From Octopus bimaculoides (taxonomy: Eukaryota): a stretch of DNA of 64,000 nucleotides. The notes beneath the pieces are model-generated. The model saw nothing but the letters and a program-made list of their open reading frames with translations, searched no databases and was not told the DNA's origin. Both the position numbers and the translations under genes were made by a program. The stretch lies in contig NC_068998.1 of the NCBI RefSeq assembly GCF_001194135.2, positions 54,553,132 through 54,617,131 of the forward strand. Direction: 5' to 3'. Below are positions 25,120 through 39,346 of this stretch, piece by piece (position 1 is the stretch's first letter; every line of letters begins with the position of its first letter).

Positions 25120-28100
25120 CATGTATGTATGTATGCAGGTATGTCTGTGTATATAAACACACACACAAAGATCACAAATTCATATATCCACCCACCTTTA
25201 ATATGACACCAATTGGTATCAATTGATTCAAAGTATATTTTCTGGGAGCTTCATTGTCTGCGAGGCTGGCTTCAGGTTTCTTTTCTGTATCTGCTCCAAT
25301 CTCAGATTCCATTTTATCCACTTCAGGCACTTCGGCTACTTCGGATGCTTCAGCCTGAGAAGTCTCTGTTTCAGTTACTTCTTCTTTAGGGGTTTCTGTC
25401 ACCTCCTTTGGAATATCAGCTCTTAATATAGGAAAAAAAAAAACAATAACAGTGATTGTTCATTAATTTACAATTCCCTAAACACTTTAGGGTTCAAACA
25501 CCCACAATTTTTTAATACCTTGCCAAAAAGGCCCCAGGGATCTACAAGGAACAGGTGTGGATCTTTTCAAAGAACAGTTAAACAAATTTTTATCTGATAT
25601 ACCAGATGAACCCACTTCATAGCAAGATGTGTAGAGAAAGGTGGCTTTGTCCAACTCATTCCTTCACCAGGAGCGATTCCAGAGACAAAGCCAGGAAATG
25701 AGTCTGAAATGAACAAGCATTAATGCTAATGGTGGTGCCCCAGCATGACCACAGCCTTTGGTTGAAACCAATAAAAGTACAAAAGAATAAAACATCACAA
25801 ATACATATTTGTCAGAATCTATGCTTCGTTGGTTTTCAAGTTGATACTAAGTTTAATTGTTTATAGACAAGTCACAAGAAATCTCATTTAGGCTAGAAAA
25901 GAAAATTGTGAGTCATGTATATATATACATATATATATATATGTGTGTGTGTGTGTACATATATATATATATATATATATANNNNNNNNNNNNNNNNNNN
26001 NNNNNNNNNNNNNNNNNNNNNNNNNNNNNNNNNNNNNNNNNNNNNNNNNNNNNNNNNNNNNNNNNNNNNNNNNNNNNNNNNNNNNNNNNNNNNNNNNNNN
26101 NNNNNNNNNNNNTTCTCTCTCTGCTTTCATCATCCTGTGTTGGTAAAAGAGAGTGAATGCTGAAGATTTCCAGAATATTTACAGGCACCAAACATAAAAT
26201 GTTGTTATTCCTAAATATTTGTAATCTTTTTACCCTAATCCTCTTTGCCGACAGAGACAATCTAAAACTACTTAGCGACTAAATTTAAGTCATCTATTTT
26301 TATTCTCTGTGGCTGACGTTTGAACCATAACTTTGACCCTGTTTCAGTGAGACTTAACCAGAGAAAAAAAAGAAGGAAACTGAAAAAAAAAAAAAAGAAA
26401 AATGAATCAACAAATAACTTCTGGATTACGCACTTTCAATACAAAGCATGGATGATTTCAATGAAACTTATGACAAGCAAGATTAGACTTGATTGAGTTT
26501 AACTGATTTGTCTAAGTTAATCACTGGTATCTATGATTAAATCATTGTTTTACACACACACGTATGAATATATATATATTATATAGATAAATAGATGAAT
26601 GGATTAGGGAAACAGAGACTGAAAGAAAATTCATTGAATATGTAGAAGTGTGTGTGTGTGTGTGTGTGTGTGCCCTTGTCTTGACATCACATGATGTTTG
26701 TAAATGAGCATAGAAGAAATGTTGTTTGTTTCCTGCCTTCTGTGGTGCAGTATTAACCCTGCTTGGCAACAAATGAAGGTTGGTTGCAGGAAGGGTATCC
26801 AGCCAAAGAAAATCTTTCTCAACAAATTTCATCTGAACCAGAAAAACATGAAAAAAATGGACATTTCAAAATGATGATGATGATGCTACATATACACATG
26901 AATCTTTGTAACCTCATAGCGTCACAAATTGGGGTGTTTAGATGAATGACAGCAGCAGCAACAGTAGCAGTAGTAGTAGTAGAGAAATGGAAAGCATGGA
27001 AGATGTGAAGAAAGTGTTGTGAGACACAAAAGTACTTACACTTCAATTGGGAATTGTGAAACGGAGATGGCCGAGAGGCCTTTGTCTCTGATTGAGTCTG
27101 CAATACAAGAGAGACTGAGTGCACGAGTGAAGCCCTCAAACATGGACGGTTTGGAGCAGAAATAGAGCAGCTTCAACAAAGAAACAAACATTAAATGTAA
27201 AGATTACTTTCAATGAAATCAATATGTATTGATTTGTATTTTATTTCAAGTGATTAGGATGGTGTGGGGGAGAAGGAAAGAAAAAAACCAAATAAATGAG
27301 AAGTATATAACTATATGTATATTAAATGAAACCCTACAGTCTTAGAAAAAGATATATCTAGTGAATGTGAAATGTAAGAAGAAAATTATTGTTTAAATTA
27401 TATGTAATTATAGATATCACTTATATTAACTAAAGGTGTGTTTCTCCCAATGTTTACATCGGTATGCACACTCTATAACCGTGTTTACAAGGGGAGTTTT
27501 AGAAAAAGAATAAAAAATAATTGAGAATTATAGAGAAGACAGAATTCCTTGCCTTTATCATAAGGTATCGAAATTGAGAGAATCAACCAATCTAAATTAA
27601 ATTCTTTATTGTGGTCTTTTAGATACCAAATTAATTTACTAAGCCCTGTACTGTTACGTTTATTCCTATCCCGAAATGTAGAGTAATGATTAAAAATTCT
27701 TTTAGATAACTGAGAAGATGAGCTGCCTATATAAAAAAATACTTCATTACCAGAAGTAATTTTACACTGGTATATAGAATTTTTAATTTTAGAGTTACTT
27801 CACATAAACTTGATTCTGTTGTAATTGACTTCAGATACAATAACCTTGTTATTAATATTTCTTGGGGGATGTGTTTGTAATTGAAGACTTTTCTAGAAGT
27901 ATTAAATGGATTAAGTTTATGGGTAGGTTAATGACATCAAATCCACATGATCAATAACATCAGACCACTGTGGTCAGTGATAGACTGACGTGGTCAATCA
28001 GAGCAAAAAGATCAATGACAGTAGATCAATGAGATCAATGACATCAGAACCAATGTAGTAAGTGATATCGGATCAATACAGTTACTGTAGTTTCCAGTAA

Positions 28101-30349
28101 ACAAACCAACACAGGGAAAACATTCAAACATGGCCACTATCTTTCCAAATCCTGCTGCATTTCACTTGGAATGTTTGGTTCTCCAAAGTCACCCTGGTGT
28201 TGAAGTCAACCTGCCTTTTTTGGTTGTGAACTTAAGTGTGAAGTAGTAGTAGCAGTAGTATGAAAGCATTCGCTATAACAGTGTATTGCTGCATCCAGCA
28301 TGTATTGGTGATTACCTATTACACCTGGTGGATGACACCTTTGCACCACTTTGGCGACAACCCTCTAACCCATGGCTGTGTCTGTGTAGTCATTGCTGGT
28401 GAGGGTCTTACGAGGTCAGAGTGCAAATCCTACCTCAACCCCTTTTAGTTACCTTTTACAGCATGCAAAGGGGTCTATTCTTTGAAATGCTGGTCCCCAA
28501 ACAGCTGACTTAAAAAGACATGGAATTAACTGAGACATGTTTCAATTCTGTTAAACAATTGGTGAACAGATACAGACTTTATATCTTAAGGCTTAGAGGT
28601 CCTTTACATAGACTTGCTAGGAACAAGGTAACCTCTCTGGTAAGGGTGCCACAATGAAACATGCCTAGAACAATTTGTCACCACCTGACAGAAATGTATT
28701 CAAAGGAAAACAAAAATGTAACAAAAATTGAAAAGACAGTTTTTGCACCATTTTCTCATAATTTAGTAAGGGAGGTTGTGTATTAAATTCTGTGAAAAGG
28801 TCAAAGAAGATTTCTTTCAGTTTCGATGATCTGTCAAAATTGTAGCTTTCATTATGTTTCTTGATGTCTTCCTCAGGCCAGAGAGGAACCTGTTGAAAGA
28901 GACAAGGAATTAGGTTTAAACTTCTGAAGGAAGAACGAATTCCCAAGTAGAAAACTTGGTTTTCTTCATAGAGAAGAAAAAATATTTTAGGTTTTAGAAA
29001 TACAAAAGGGGCAGACATAATTGGGAAGATGAGAAGTTTGCTTCAGAACTGCGTGTGTGTTCTTGTCTTGACATTGCTAGTTGTAAACGACTTTCACTGC
29101 CATACAAGCAGTGTAGTTCATTTCCAATCTTTAATGACCAAGAGGGAAATTCTACCTTCGTTGAAAACAGGTGAAGGTTACTGGCAGGAAGAGCATCCAA
29201 CTGAGAAAATTCTGCCTCAGTAAACTACATCAGTGCCATGCACACATGGAAAACTGGATATTAAAATGATGATGATAATGATATACATCAGGCTTCTGCA
29301 CAGTTTCCATTAACCAATTCTATTCACAAAGCATTGCTCAATATAATACTATGGCAGAAGGCCCTTTTCCAAAAGTACTTCACACAGAGATTGAACTTAA
29401 AACCCTATGGTTTCAAAGCAAACTTTTTAGTAAGACCGACATGCCTGAGCTGAAGAGTGAAGGATTTTCTATTCAAGGGATGGTCTTGTTTGTCGAAGCA
29501 GAAATTTTTAAGAATGACTTACCGAGTGTGAAAAATAAAGAGCTTAACTCTTTAGCATTTAAACCAGCCAAATATTTTACCTGTTTTCTGTACAAACTGG
29601 CCAGATCAGGCCACTCACACCTACCTGACAATGTCATTTTAGAAATAAACAATCACATCATTGAAATCTCAAAGCTACAAGAGTTAATGCAGGATTAATT
29701 CCAAAGAATGTGAATAAAAGAGCATCACATTGGACAGAACAATGTGAATGCTGCTAAAGGGTTAAAGGAATAAAGGTGTGTGCATTTATATTTAATCCAT
29801 TCATTTGATACCCTTAAATAGGGAAAGATCTTAAATGGGCGAAATGTCTTGAAAGAGAATTTCTCTTGATAGAAAATGAGTGTGAAGACAGACACAGAGA
29901 ACATTCCCTTGTTGATAAAGAGAATTTCTCTTCCAAAATGGTTCGCTGCAGCCGAAGGTCGTTCAGCGTTTTAGTGTACAGGAACATATTAAATATAAAT
30001 GTACATGGCTACATTTTAATCATTGCTAATTAGTGTTCCTTTAATTGGTATAAATATAATTTGGAACATATTACTTACAGAGTTGAACATTTCATAGTCA
30101 ATGAAACCAGTTTTGTTTATGTCTAGTTGGTAATATGAGACATAAAGATCCACTAAATTTTTAATGGAAAGCAACGGGAATGGATACGAAGCCCACAATA
30201 TAAAACGGCGCCAATCAATAAAATCTGTGTTTGAAGAAATCTTTTTTGCCAAAATCTGAATATTCTGTTGAACCTGAAATGAAACGTTAATCAATAGAAA
30301 TTAGCACATTAATCATTTCAAAGTATTATCATTATTATTATTACTGTTA

Positions 30350-30389
<40 letters not shown>

Positions 30390-31449
30390 TATTATTATTA
30401 TTATTATTATTATAGCATTAGTGTTTAGCAATAATTTCGCAACAGATATTGGTAATGGCTAATGAATAAATAAGTGTCATTAACTCAATGAGTTAATGAG
30501 AAATATTTATTCAGTTAACACCAATGTACAAAACTTGTTGTGCTGTACGCCCTCCTGAAATCCTCTTATTAAATTCAGTTTCAATTCATTTATTTCAATC
30601 ACAATTCATAAGTCATAAACCAAGTAAAGAATAAAATATTTAGTGTCAACGATTCTTGACAAAAGCCAAAATGGTGGTAAGGAGTCAAGGACTCCCCTCA
30701 TATCTGTAAGTTTAATATGGGAACAATACCTAAAATATTAAGAATAAGTTAGTCACTTGAACTGGTGGCTAGTATTCATCTTCCTTAACATTATTATAAT
30801 TTATGATAATTTATGTAAATGTTATTGTTATTCCAACAATAGAAATGGTTGAATCTTTAAAAGCTGCAACAATTACGACCTACTACAGCAACTGTTATGG
30901 CGACTCTTATAAGCTAACATCTTTTCAATCTGTTGATAGATGTCAGTGAACTTTTAGCAAATTAAAGTCTGATTTCAACTTTAGATTAAATCCTGATATA
31001 AATGAACTTCCATCTTGGAGGATTCCATTTCATTCACTAAAATTGTAATCAGTGATGTGGAATATGGTTGATGTGATCCTGAAAAAACTTGATGGGATCC
31101 TGACAGCTACACAGACTTTATGTACTTTTCAAAATTGGTCCTTTATCTTTATAGAGTCTAAAGATACATTCAGTAGAACTAAAGATTTTATTCTCAGGCT
31201 CCAAACAAACTCAGTTTTTCATCAAAAGTTTGAAATTATTTCTGAACAAACTACAATGGCAATTTAACGGGGTTTTTTTTAATTTTTAAAAAGACACCTT
31301 TCATTCAGTTTACCAATATAATTGTAGCATGGCCTCCCCCAGCTGTCTCTTTGCCAGAATTTGTTAACTCATGAGAAACTATAAACCACATTCCAGTTCA
31401 GTCCTACTGGAAGGCACCTTGGCCAAATGTCTTCTGCTTATAACCTTGG

Positions 31450-31492
<43 letters not shown>

Positions 31493-33716
31493 CCCCATTT
31501 GACAATTGATACTGGCTTTTTTATATGCCAGTGACTCAGCAGTTTGGCAAAAGGTATCAGACTTTAAAAAACACATAATGGAATTGCTTTCTTTGACTGA
31601 AAATTTTCAAGGTGGTGCCCCAGCATGACCACATTCCAATGACTGAAACAAGGAAAAGAAGATAAAGATGAAAAGCGAAACAGTTTCCAGACATCTTACT
31701 CGAGCAAAGTTTGGCTGCATCCACAGTTCAGGCAGGGCTGAGATCCCATGAGAAGTTGAGACCAAGTCTTCTAACGTTTCTTGGAAGGATTTCGTGCTTA
31801 TGAAACCCAACGGAGCCACAAGCTGGAACTGGAAGCAAACAAGTTATTCAACTTCAGCAATAATTAAATGACATCACACAGAATGGGAAAAAGAGTTTCT
31901 ACACTGAGCCGTGTCTCAAAGACAAGAGAAAAAGTAAGAAAGTTGTTTGGTTTTTAAAGACTAAAATATTTTAAGCATTCACAGACCAAAGTTTTTGGAA
32001 CTCTACTGGTTATGATGACAAGTATTCCAGTTGAGCCAATCAACAGAACAGCCTGGTCGAAAAATTAATCTGCAAGTGGCTGAGTGCTCCACAGTCACAC
32101 GTACCCCTTAGTGTGATTCTCAGGGGGATTCAGTGAGACACAGAATATGACAACGCTGGCCCCTTTGAATTACTGGTACAACTCTGTCAGCTGAGTGGAC
32201 TGGAGCAACATGAAATCAAGGGCACAACGCATTGCCAGGAATCAAACTCATGACCTTGCAATTGTAAGCCAAATATCCGAACCCACTGCACCATGCACCT
32301 CCTGCAATAAAGGCAAGCTCTTTTGCAGAAGGTGCAGTCTCTGCACAGCAACACCTGCACCAAACAAATAATCCTTTACACTCAATGAATATATCAATGT
32401 TCATTTTAAAACTTCTTTTTCTTCTTCCTTTTTTTTTTTCATAGATGAAGAGGAAGGCCATTTCTCATCAGTAACAAAGGCTTTCTTTTGATCACTAATT
32501 GCACAGGATTTTTAATGACTGTTTCTAATTACTTTGGAAAAAACTAACATTAAGGATGACAGAATGTTAGTTAAAAGGATCTGATTGAAGACCACCTGTT
32601 AATGAGACTCAGGTGAATGTTTATGCATACTTTCATATTTAAACCTTACGCTTGGATCTGTGCATTTGAGACACAGGGACCAAGTTAACTCATTTTTGGT
32701 AACAAGGTACCTTCTAGAATTTTTCCACATTTCCTATGATGTAGTACGCATATTTTATCTCTACTGGCTAAGAGAAAGAAGTCACAAGAACTGATTTGCA
32801 TATGATTAGCAAATAACATCATCAGTAAAAATTTAATCAGTGCAGTGAGGGTTAAGATAAAAAGATATTTCTAGGAAATATTGTTTGGAGCAATCAACTA
32901 CACGCTATCTGGGTTTTTGAATTTATCAGAATGAATATTGTAATGAACTAGATGACAACTGAAGAGATTAAGAGGTGGAGTTTGAATGGCGGTGATCTTG
33001 GGTTTGGTAAAGAAGTTAGGTCATAGAGCAGGGGAGGGTCAGAAATGGTATCAGGTGCTGACTCAGTGGAGAAGGAAATGGTGTTTTGTTGAAGATGTAA
33101 GAGATGCTAATAAAAAAGAAAGAATTATTTTTTCCAGCTGATAATGATTTTGGATGAGAAATATGAGAACTGGTTGGTGTTAAGGATGTACGGTTATGGA
33201 AAAAAGATTCATGCTTTAAAGGAGAAATTATTCTGAGAAGCTATCTCCATAAAAACAAATAAATTCATTCAATGATAACAAACATTAAAAGATGATTCAA
33301 AAATAATTACTGAATGAGAAAACGATAATATTAATCAATGATTAATATTATTTTAATAATTCCAAGCAGGGTAGACAATTCCAGTTATGTTTCAGTCCTA
33401 TTAGGTCTTTTCAGTGAAACAGATTTCACCAGAGAAATGATGTGAAAATTGTTAAGTAAATGTTGCATTAATTATGCTAACACTGAGTTAACTACTGTTG
33501 TTTCATGCTGGTGACATCTCTCAATATTTTATTCCCTAAAATATAAACACGGTTGAAGAAACCCTGTCAAACATTGGAGTGTGCAGGTGGGACAACATGA
33601 GATTCTCTGACTTATCAAGAAGGGCAAACAAGTAATTACTCCAAATAAGTAATCACTTAAACTGTGATAGTCTATCCTACACATGCCACCGCCACCACCA
33701 CCTCTCTCTACAATTC

Positions 33717-33760
<44 letters not shown>

Positions 33761-36700
33761 CTCATCCTGTAAACTGTTCTCATGCAAAATCTAAAGATAT
33801 AATTCAAAAGAAAAAGGAAAATTCTTCTCAAGACATTTGGACTCACCTGTGTTAAGAATGCTGATAACTGAACACATGTCATTTGATTGTTATGGTATTC
33901 TGTAAACTCTGGGATTGGCTCTGGAGTGGTGTGCTTCAGTGTCAGATATTCCTGGCAATAATCAATAACGACCCAATTATTATTTATTATTCTACAATAG
34001 AGAAACCTATAAGAAAGTTATATATAATACTCGCAGGACTCATGCAAATTCCATAGAATGGAAAAAAAAAATTAAGACGACCTGTTTGAGAAAGAAAAGA
34101 TGATTTGCATTTTCATAGTTTAGCTTTCTTTAAATATTCTTGAAGTTCTTCATCTACATCCATTTCCTCATGTCTCCATCAGAGGAAAATGGACATTAAA
34201 TGTTGAGGTTGACGGTGATGAATATAATAACAATTCAACTTACTTCATCAATATAAAAGTCTCCATTATCGAGTATAATTTCTTTCTGGAGTTTATCACC
34301 ATTTTCAATTGCATTTTTCATCAATGATGCCATTACGTCGATACTAAAATAAATATATTTTTTTAAAAATTTAGTAATAATTAGCTCTCGGTCAATCATT
34401 TTTTTAACTGCATCTCATATGGGAGTAAAATTTTCAACAGAAAATCACAAAATGAGAACATAAGAATGGAAAATCAGGAAAATATTTTGAACAAATGAAA
34501 TAGTTTTACCTTTTTATTTGTGTCAGAAATCGAGACCCTATCCAGTCTTGTATAGGTTTATAAGTATCTTCAGCAGATCTCTTGAGTTCTTTAAAAACAT
34601 GGCTCATGCTGTGAAGTTTAAGTAATCCCAGCCGACGCCTTACAGCTGCTTCTGAAGACAAAATATAAGTTCCTTATCAATATTCTTAACATACAATGTT
34701 TCCATTCAAATTCTGAAGGTAAGAAACAAGTTTTTTTCATTTAGATTATCAAGTTTCTTACTCATTAAAAATATTAAAGAAAAAAAATTCCAAAATTACA
34801 GAAAGTGACACATTTTTTTTTTCTCATTATTTGTAATTTGTATTTTGCTGATTTTGGTAGAAGACAAATGACAGAAAGTCAAATAAAAGTCGGAATTGGA
34901 GAGTTGGGGGGGGGGGCAAAGAGAAAGCATTTCAAAATGAAATACATCAAGTGATGTTTTCTTGAGAAACAACAGAATCAGATAAAGAGAAGAGGCGAAC
35001 ATTAGATACACAAATTGAATTCCACAATAAGAGTAGCCAAGGTAAATGAAATTAAGTAGCCAGTATTGATTACACAGAATTAAGCTGTCAAAAAATCTAA
35101 TTCACTCGTCTGCTTCCAATATTTGTTTTTCAAAAATGTTTTAACATTAAGCAACACATAATTTGATTTGATAACTTGCCCAAGTTCAACAAAGTAATCA
35201 CAAGAGTATGAGGTTTTTCGATTTATTACCTTTACAAAATGATCATTAGCAAAGATTTTCATTCATCTCAGCCAGCTTCAAGGCCTCTATTAGGTTTTTG
35301 CTAACATATTTCTTATCTGTTTGTGCATGCGTTTCACTTGGTATATATGTACATGCTTGTATGCATGTGTGCATTTGTGTGTGTGTGTATAATGTATATA
35401 AATATGTATATAAATATATACATACATATATGAGTGCATGTATGTGCATATATGTGTGTGTGTGTGTTAAATTGGAACGCAAATCTTATATTTCAAGATG
35501 GGAAACAAAACAAATGCTTCTTTGGTCGTAATTGGTATATTTAATCAAGGTAATATTTCCTCTAATTATTGATAACATAATCCTAATATATCTGGGAAAT
35601 TATTGATCCCTCAGGCATAAAATTCTTCAGATTTCAAAGCAAAGAACCATTCAGCAAGATTTTTAACCTCTTCACAATTAATAAATATCTTCTCCTCTAA
35701 ATAATGTTGCAATGATCTAAAAAGATGATGGTCAGACAGAGAAAGGTCAGAAGAATAAGGAGCACGGCACAAAACTTCCATATTTAGGGGCCATAGATCT
35801 TTTCCTAAGTGACCTGGGCANNNNNNNNNNNNNNNNNNNNNAAATGCTGTCTGATGCTTCCAATTGATGACAATATTTTCTTTGCATTAACTGTCTTGTT
35901 TTGGTTTAACATTTCATGAGAGACGACACCCTTCATATCATACCAAAGACAGAGCATTACCTTTTTCTGCTGTGGCCCTGGTTTGGAAATAGATTCTCCT
36001 TTTTTTCATTAGGAGCTGTCCATTGTCATTTTCATTGGATATTATAATAAAGAACTCACTTTTCATCAATTATAATGATTCTATCCAGGAAAGGTTTGGT
36101 TGCAAGTCAACTCTTCAATGACAAACATAGGGGAACTCTTTGATTAAGCTGAGAAACTGTCATATGATGAGGGAGCCACTGACCAAATTTAGACACATTT
36201 CCTTGTTCATGAAAGTGTTTTAAGATTGAAATGTGACTTGCTAATTCCTAATTCTCATGCAGCTTGCTTCGGATTTTCCTCAACTATGGTTTTCAGGTGC
36301 TCAATATTAACAGAAGTTGGTCGTTCAAACAGCAAGAGAGCTGTGAGAGAAGAAAATTCCCAAGTGAAACTGGCCAAAATGTTTATTTGTGGGTGTAAGA
36401 CTTTCAGAAAATGAATGTTTCAAATTTTGGCACAAGGCAAGCAATTTCAGGGGAGGAGGTAAGTTGATTACATCGACCCCCTCCCCCCTCCCCAGTACCT
36501 GACTGGTACTAAGTTTATCAACCCCAAAAGGACTAAAGGCAAAGTCAATGACTTTGGTAGAATTTGAACTCAGAACATTTTCTTGAAAGAAATGCTGCCA
36601 AGCAGTTTTGCCAACATACAAACAAGTCTGCCAGCTTGCGACCTTAGATCTTCATATAACAAGGACTGTGAAATCTGCTGTCACACAACGTTTGCTTTGG

Positions 36701-37109
36701 CTCATAACATCCATTTCTCATTTTCTCTCTCTGCTTCTCACTCTCTCTCTCTCTTTGTGTGTGTGTATGCATGTGCATACACACTCATATACACATGTGC
36801 AAATACAGCAACAGTATTTTCTGTGTCTCCATGTCTCTCCTATCTCCCCCATTTTCATTTCCCAAAACCATCGTTAAAAACATTTTAGTTAACTTATTAA
36901 GCTACCATTGTTGAAACGAAGAAATTTCTTATTTTAAAAAAAAGTAACTTATAACAAAAAGAAAGAAGAAAAACGAATTCAGATTCATAAAGATCTGTTC
37001 AGAAAACTTACAAATAAATATCAGGTTTCTCCCTTTTTTACTTTCCTTGACTTAATTCAAAAAACAAGAAATCTCATCAATCAATCTCTGCCAGCAACTC
37101 ATCTCCCTC

Positions 37110-37161
<52 letters not shown>

Positions 37162-38911
37162 TCCCTCTCTCTCTCTCTCTCTCTATGTCAATCTATTTAA
37201 CCTTTCCTTCTTTTTATATTTTCATACTCTCTTTCTCTCTCTTTTCCTTCCTTCTCTCTTTTGCTTCTTTAGTCTTTCTTACCTCTCTCTTCCTCTCTCA
37301 CTTTCCCTCTTCTGCTATCCTTCTCTCTTTTTCCTATCTCTTTCACTTTCTTTCTCTTTTTCTGTCTTTCTCTCTTACTTTTTCTCATGTTTTCTTTCTT
37401 GTCTTCTTCCTCTCCTTCTTTGTCCCCTCCCCACCACACACAAATCTTCCAGATTGTTGGGTGCCATTTGTCCACCCCAGTTCCTTCCCTTCCATCACCT
37501 CAGAAAGATAGTCGACCCATTCATTTGTTACAGTCATTTTAAAGAAATCTGCTTCCGTCACTTTCATAAAACAGGTAAAAATCACTGGACATTTCTTTGG
37601 ATTTCCCATGTCAACCTGCAACCATCCAATACAGATCTTCCAATCCTTCTAAGGTGGCATCCCTTTCCTATCAGATCTGCACAGCAAAGCTTCCTCCTAA
37701 ATGTGGCATTTATCTCTTTACTATAGTCATCGTCGTCGTCATCATCATTTAACGTCCATTTTCCATGCTGGTATGGGTTGGACGGTTTGGCCAGAGCTGA
37801 CCAAGCTCCATGTCCACTTTGGCATGGTTTCTACGGCTGGATGCCCTTCCTAACACCAACCACTGGTTGCTTCTATACAGCACCACTGGCCTGAGTGTTT
37901 TACACAGCACTAGTACAGGTGTCATTTATGTGGCACCATCAACTACGAACCTGCAAGATTAGGAATGCCCAGCTGGAGAGGGATGCAGGGAAAGACAACC
38001 ACGATTTTACTGAGCTTGATTTGTCTTCTCAAGCACAGCAAACTGCCAGGAATCTCGATTCCTGGTCATCCCCTTTGTGAGGTGCAACATCTGAAGATCC
38101 CTGTAATGTTGGCAAATAATAAGTTGTACTGCCATTAGTGCTGTTCCACATTTGTAAACATATCATAAATGCTATATACAGGTGAGGCTATGAGGTGCCT
38201 CAAATGACCACACACACATATAACAGTTTCCATCAACCAAATCCATTCACAAGTCAACCTGGAGCTATAGTAGAAGACAACACAGTGGAACTGAACCTGG
38301 AACCATGTGGTTGAGAAGCAAGCTTCTTACCACACAGCCATGCCTGTACCTCCAACACCAATATCAATAATATAAATACTGTGCTACAACAGCAGAGAAT
38401 TGTATAGAAACATTAGATGAGAAATATAATGGAAGCAAACCGTTCTGATAAATGATATAATATTACATTAAGAGTAAATGAAATATCCTGATAAATGATA
38501 CATTATATTATAGGAGGCCCATTAACAATGGATACTGGACGCTACAAACACCAATATAACTACAAAATGCTTTTTAGATTTTAAAAAAAAACATTAAACC
38601 ATAAAAATCAATGATTGGAAATCTATTTAAAGAAAAAACTAAAAGTCAGTGAGTCTGATGAAGATTAATAGAACAAATAAAGTTGAATATTTTGTTTGTA
38701 GAGTAAGAGAGATTATTAGTGAGTATACAATGGAAAGAGAATGCTACTAAAAGACTGTCACAAAAGAGGAAAAGAAAACATGTATACACACACACACTTT
38801 CTTTCTTTCTCTCCCACATCTTTCAATCTATCTACCTTTCTGTTTCTCTATGTATATGTATCTATCTCACTGTCTCCCCTTTTCTCTCTCTCTATCTATC
38901 TGGCTGTCCAG

Positions 38912-38990
<79 letters not shown>

Positions 38991-39312
38991 NNNNNNNNNN
39001 GTTCTGTTATCACACACACACTCGCAGACTCCCGCACACGCACAGATATTCATCTCCCTTTTTCACTCTCCTGTCTTAGAAAGAACTTTTCCCCCACCAC
39101 CTCCTCTTCCGGTCTTTTCACAATGTAACCTCGTGGGCATCGGTACCATTTTCCTCTTTCTCCATTCTTCCATTCTCCGAACTTTCCATCTTTCCGACGA
39201 AGGACTATGCCCGAAACGTCATACACTCTTTCTTTCCTTTCCTGAGCGTCCAATAACACTATCCATATCACGTCCTCACTTTGTTGTTTTTTTGTTATTG
39301 TTTTTTTGAACT

Positions 39313-39346
<34 letters not shown>

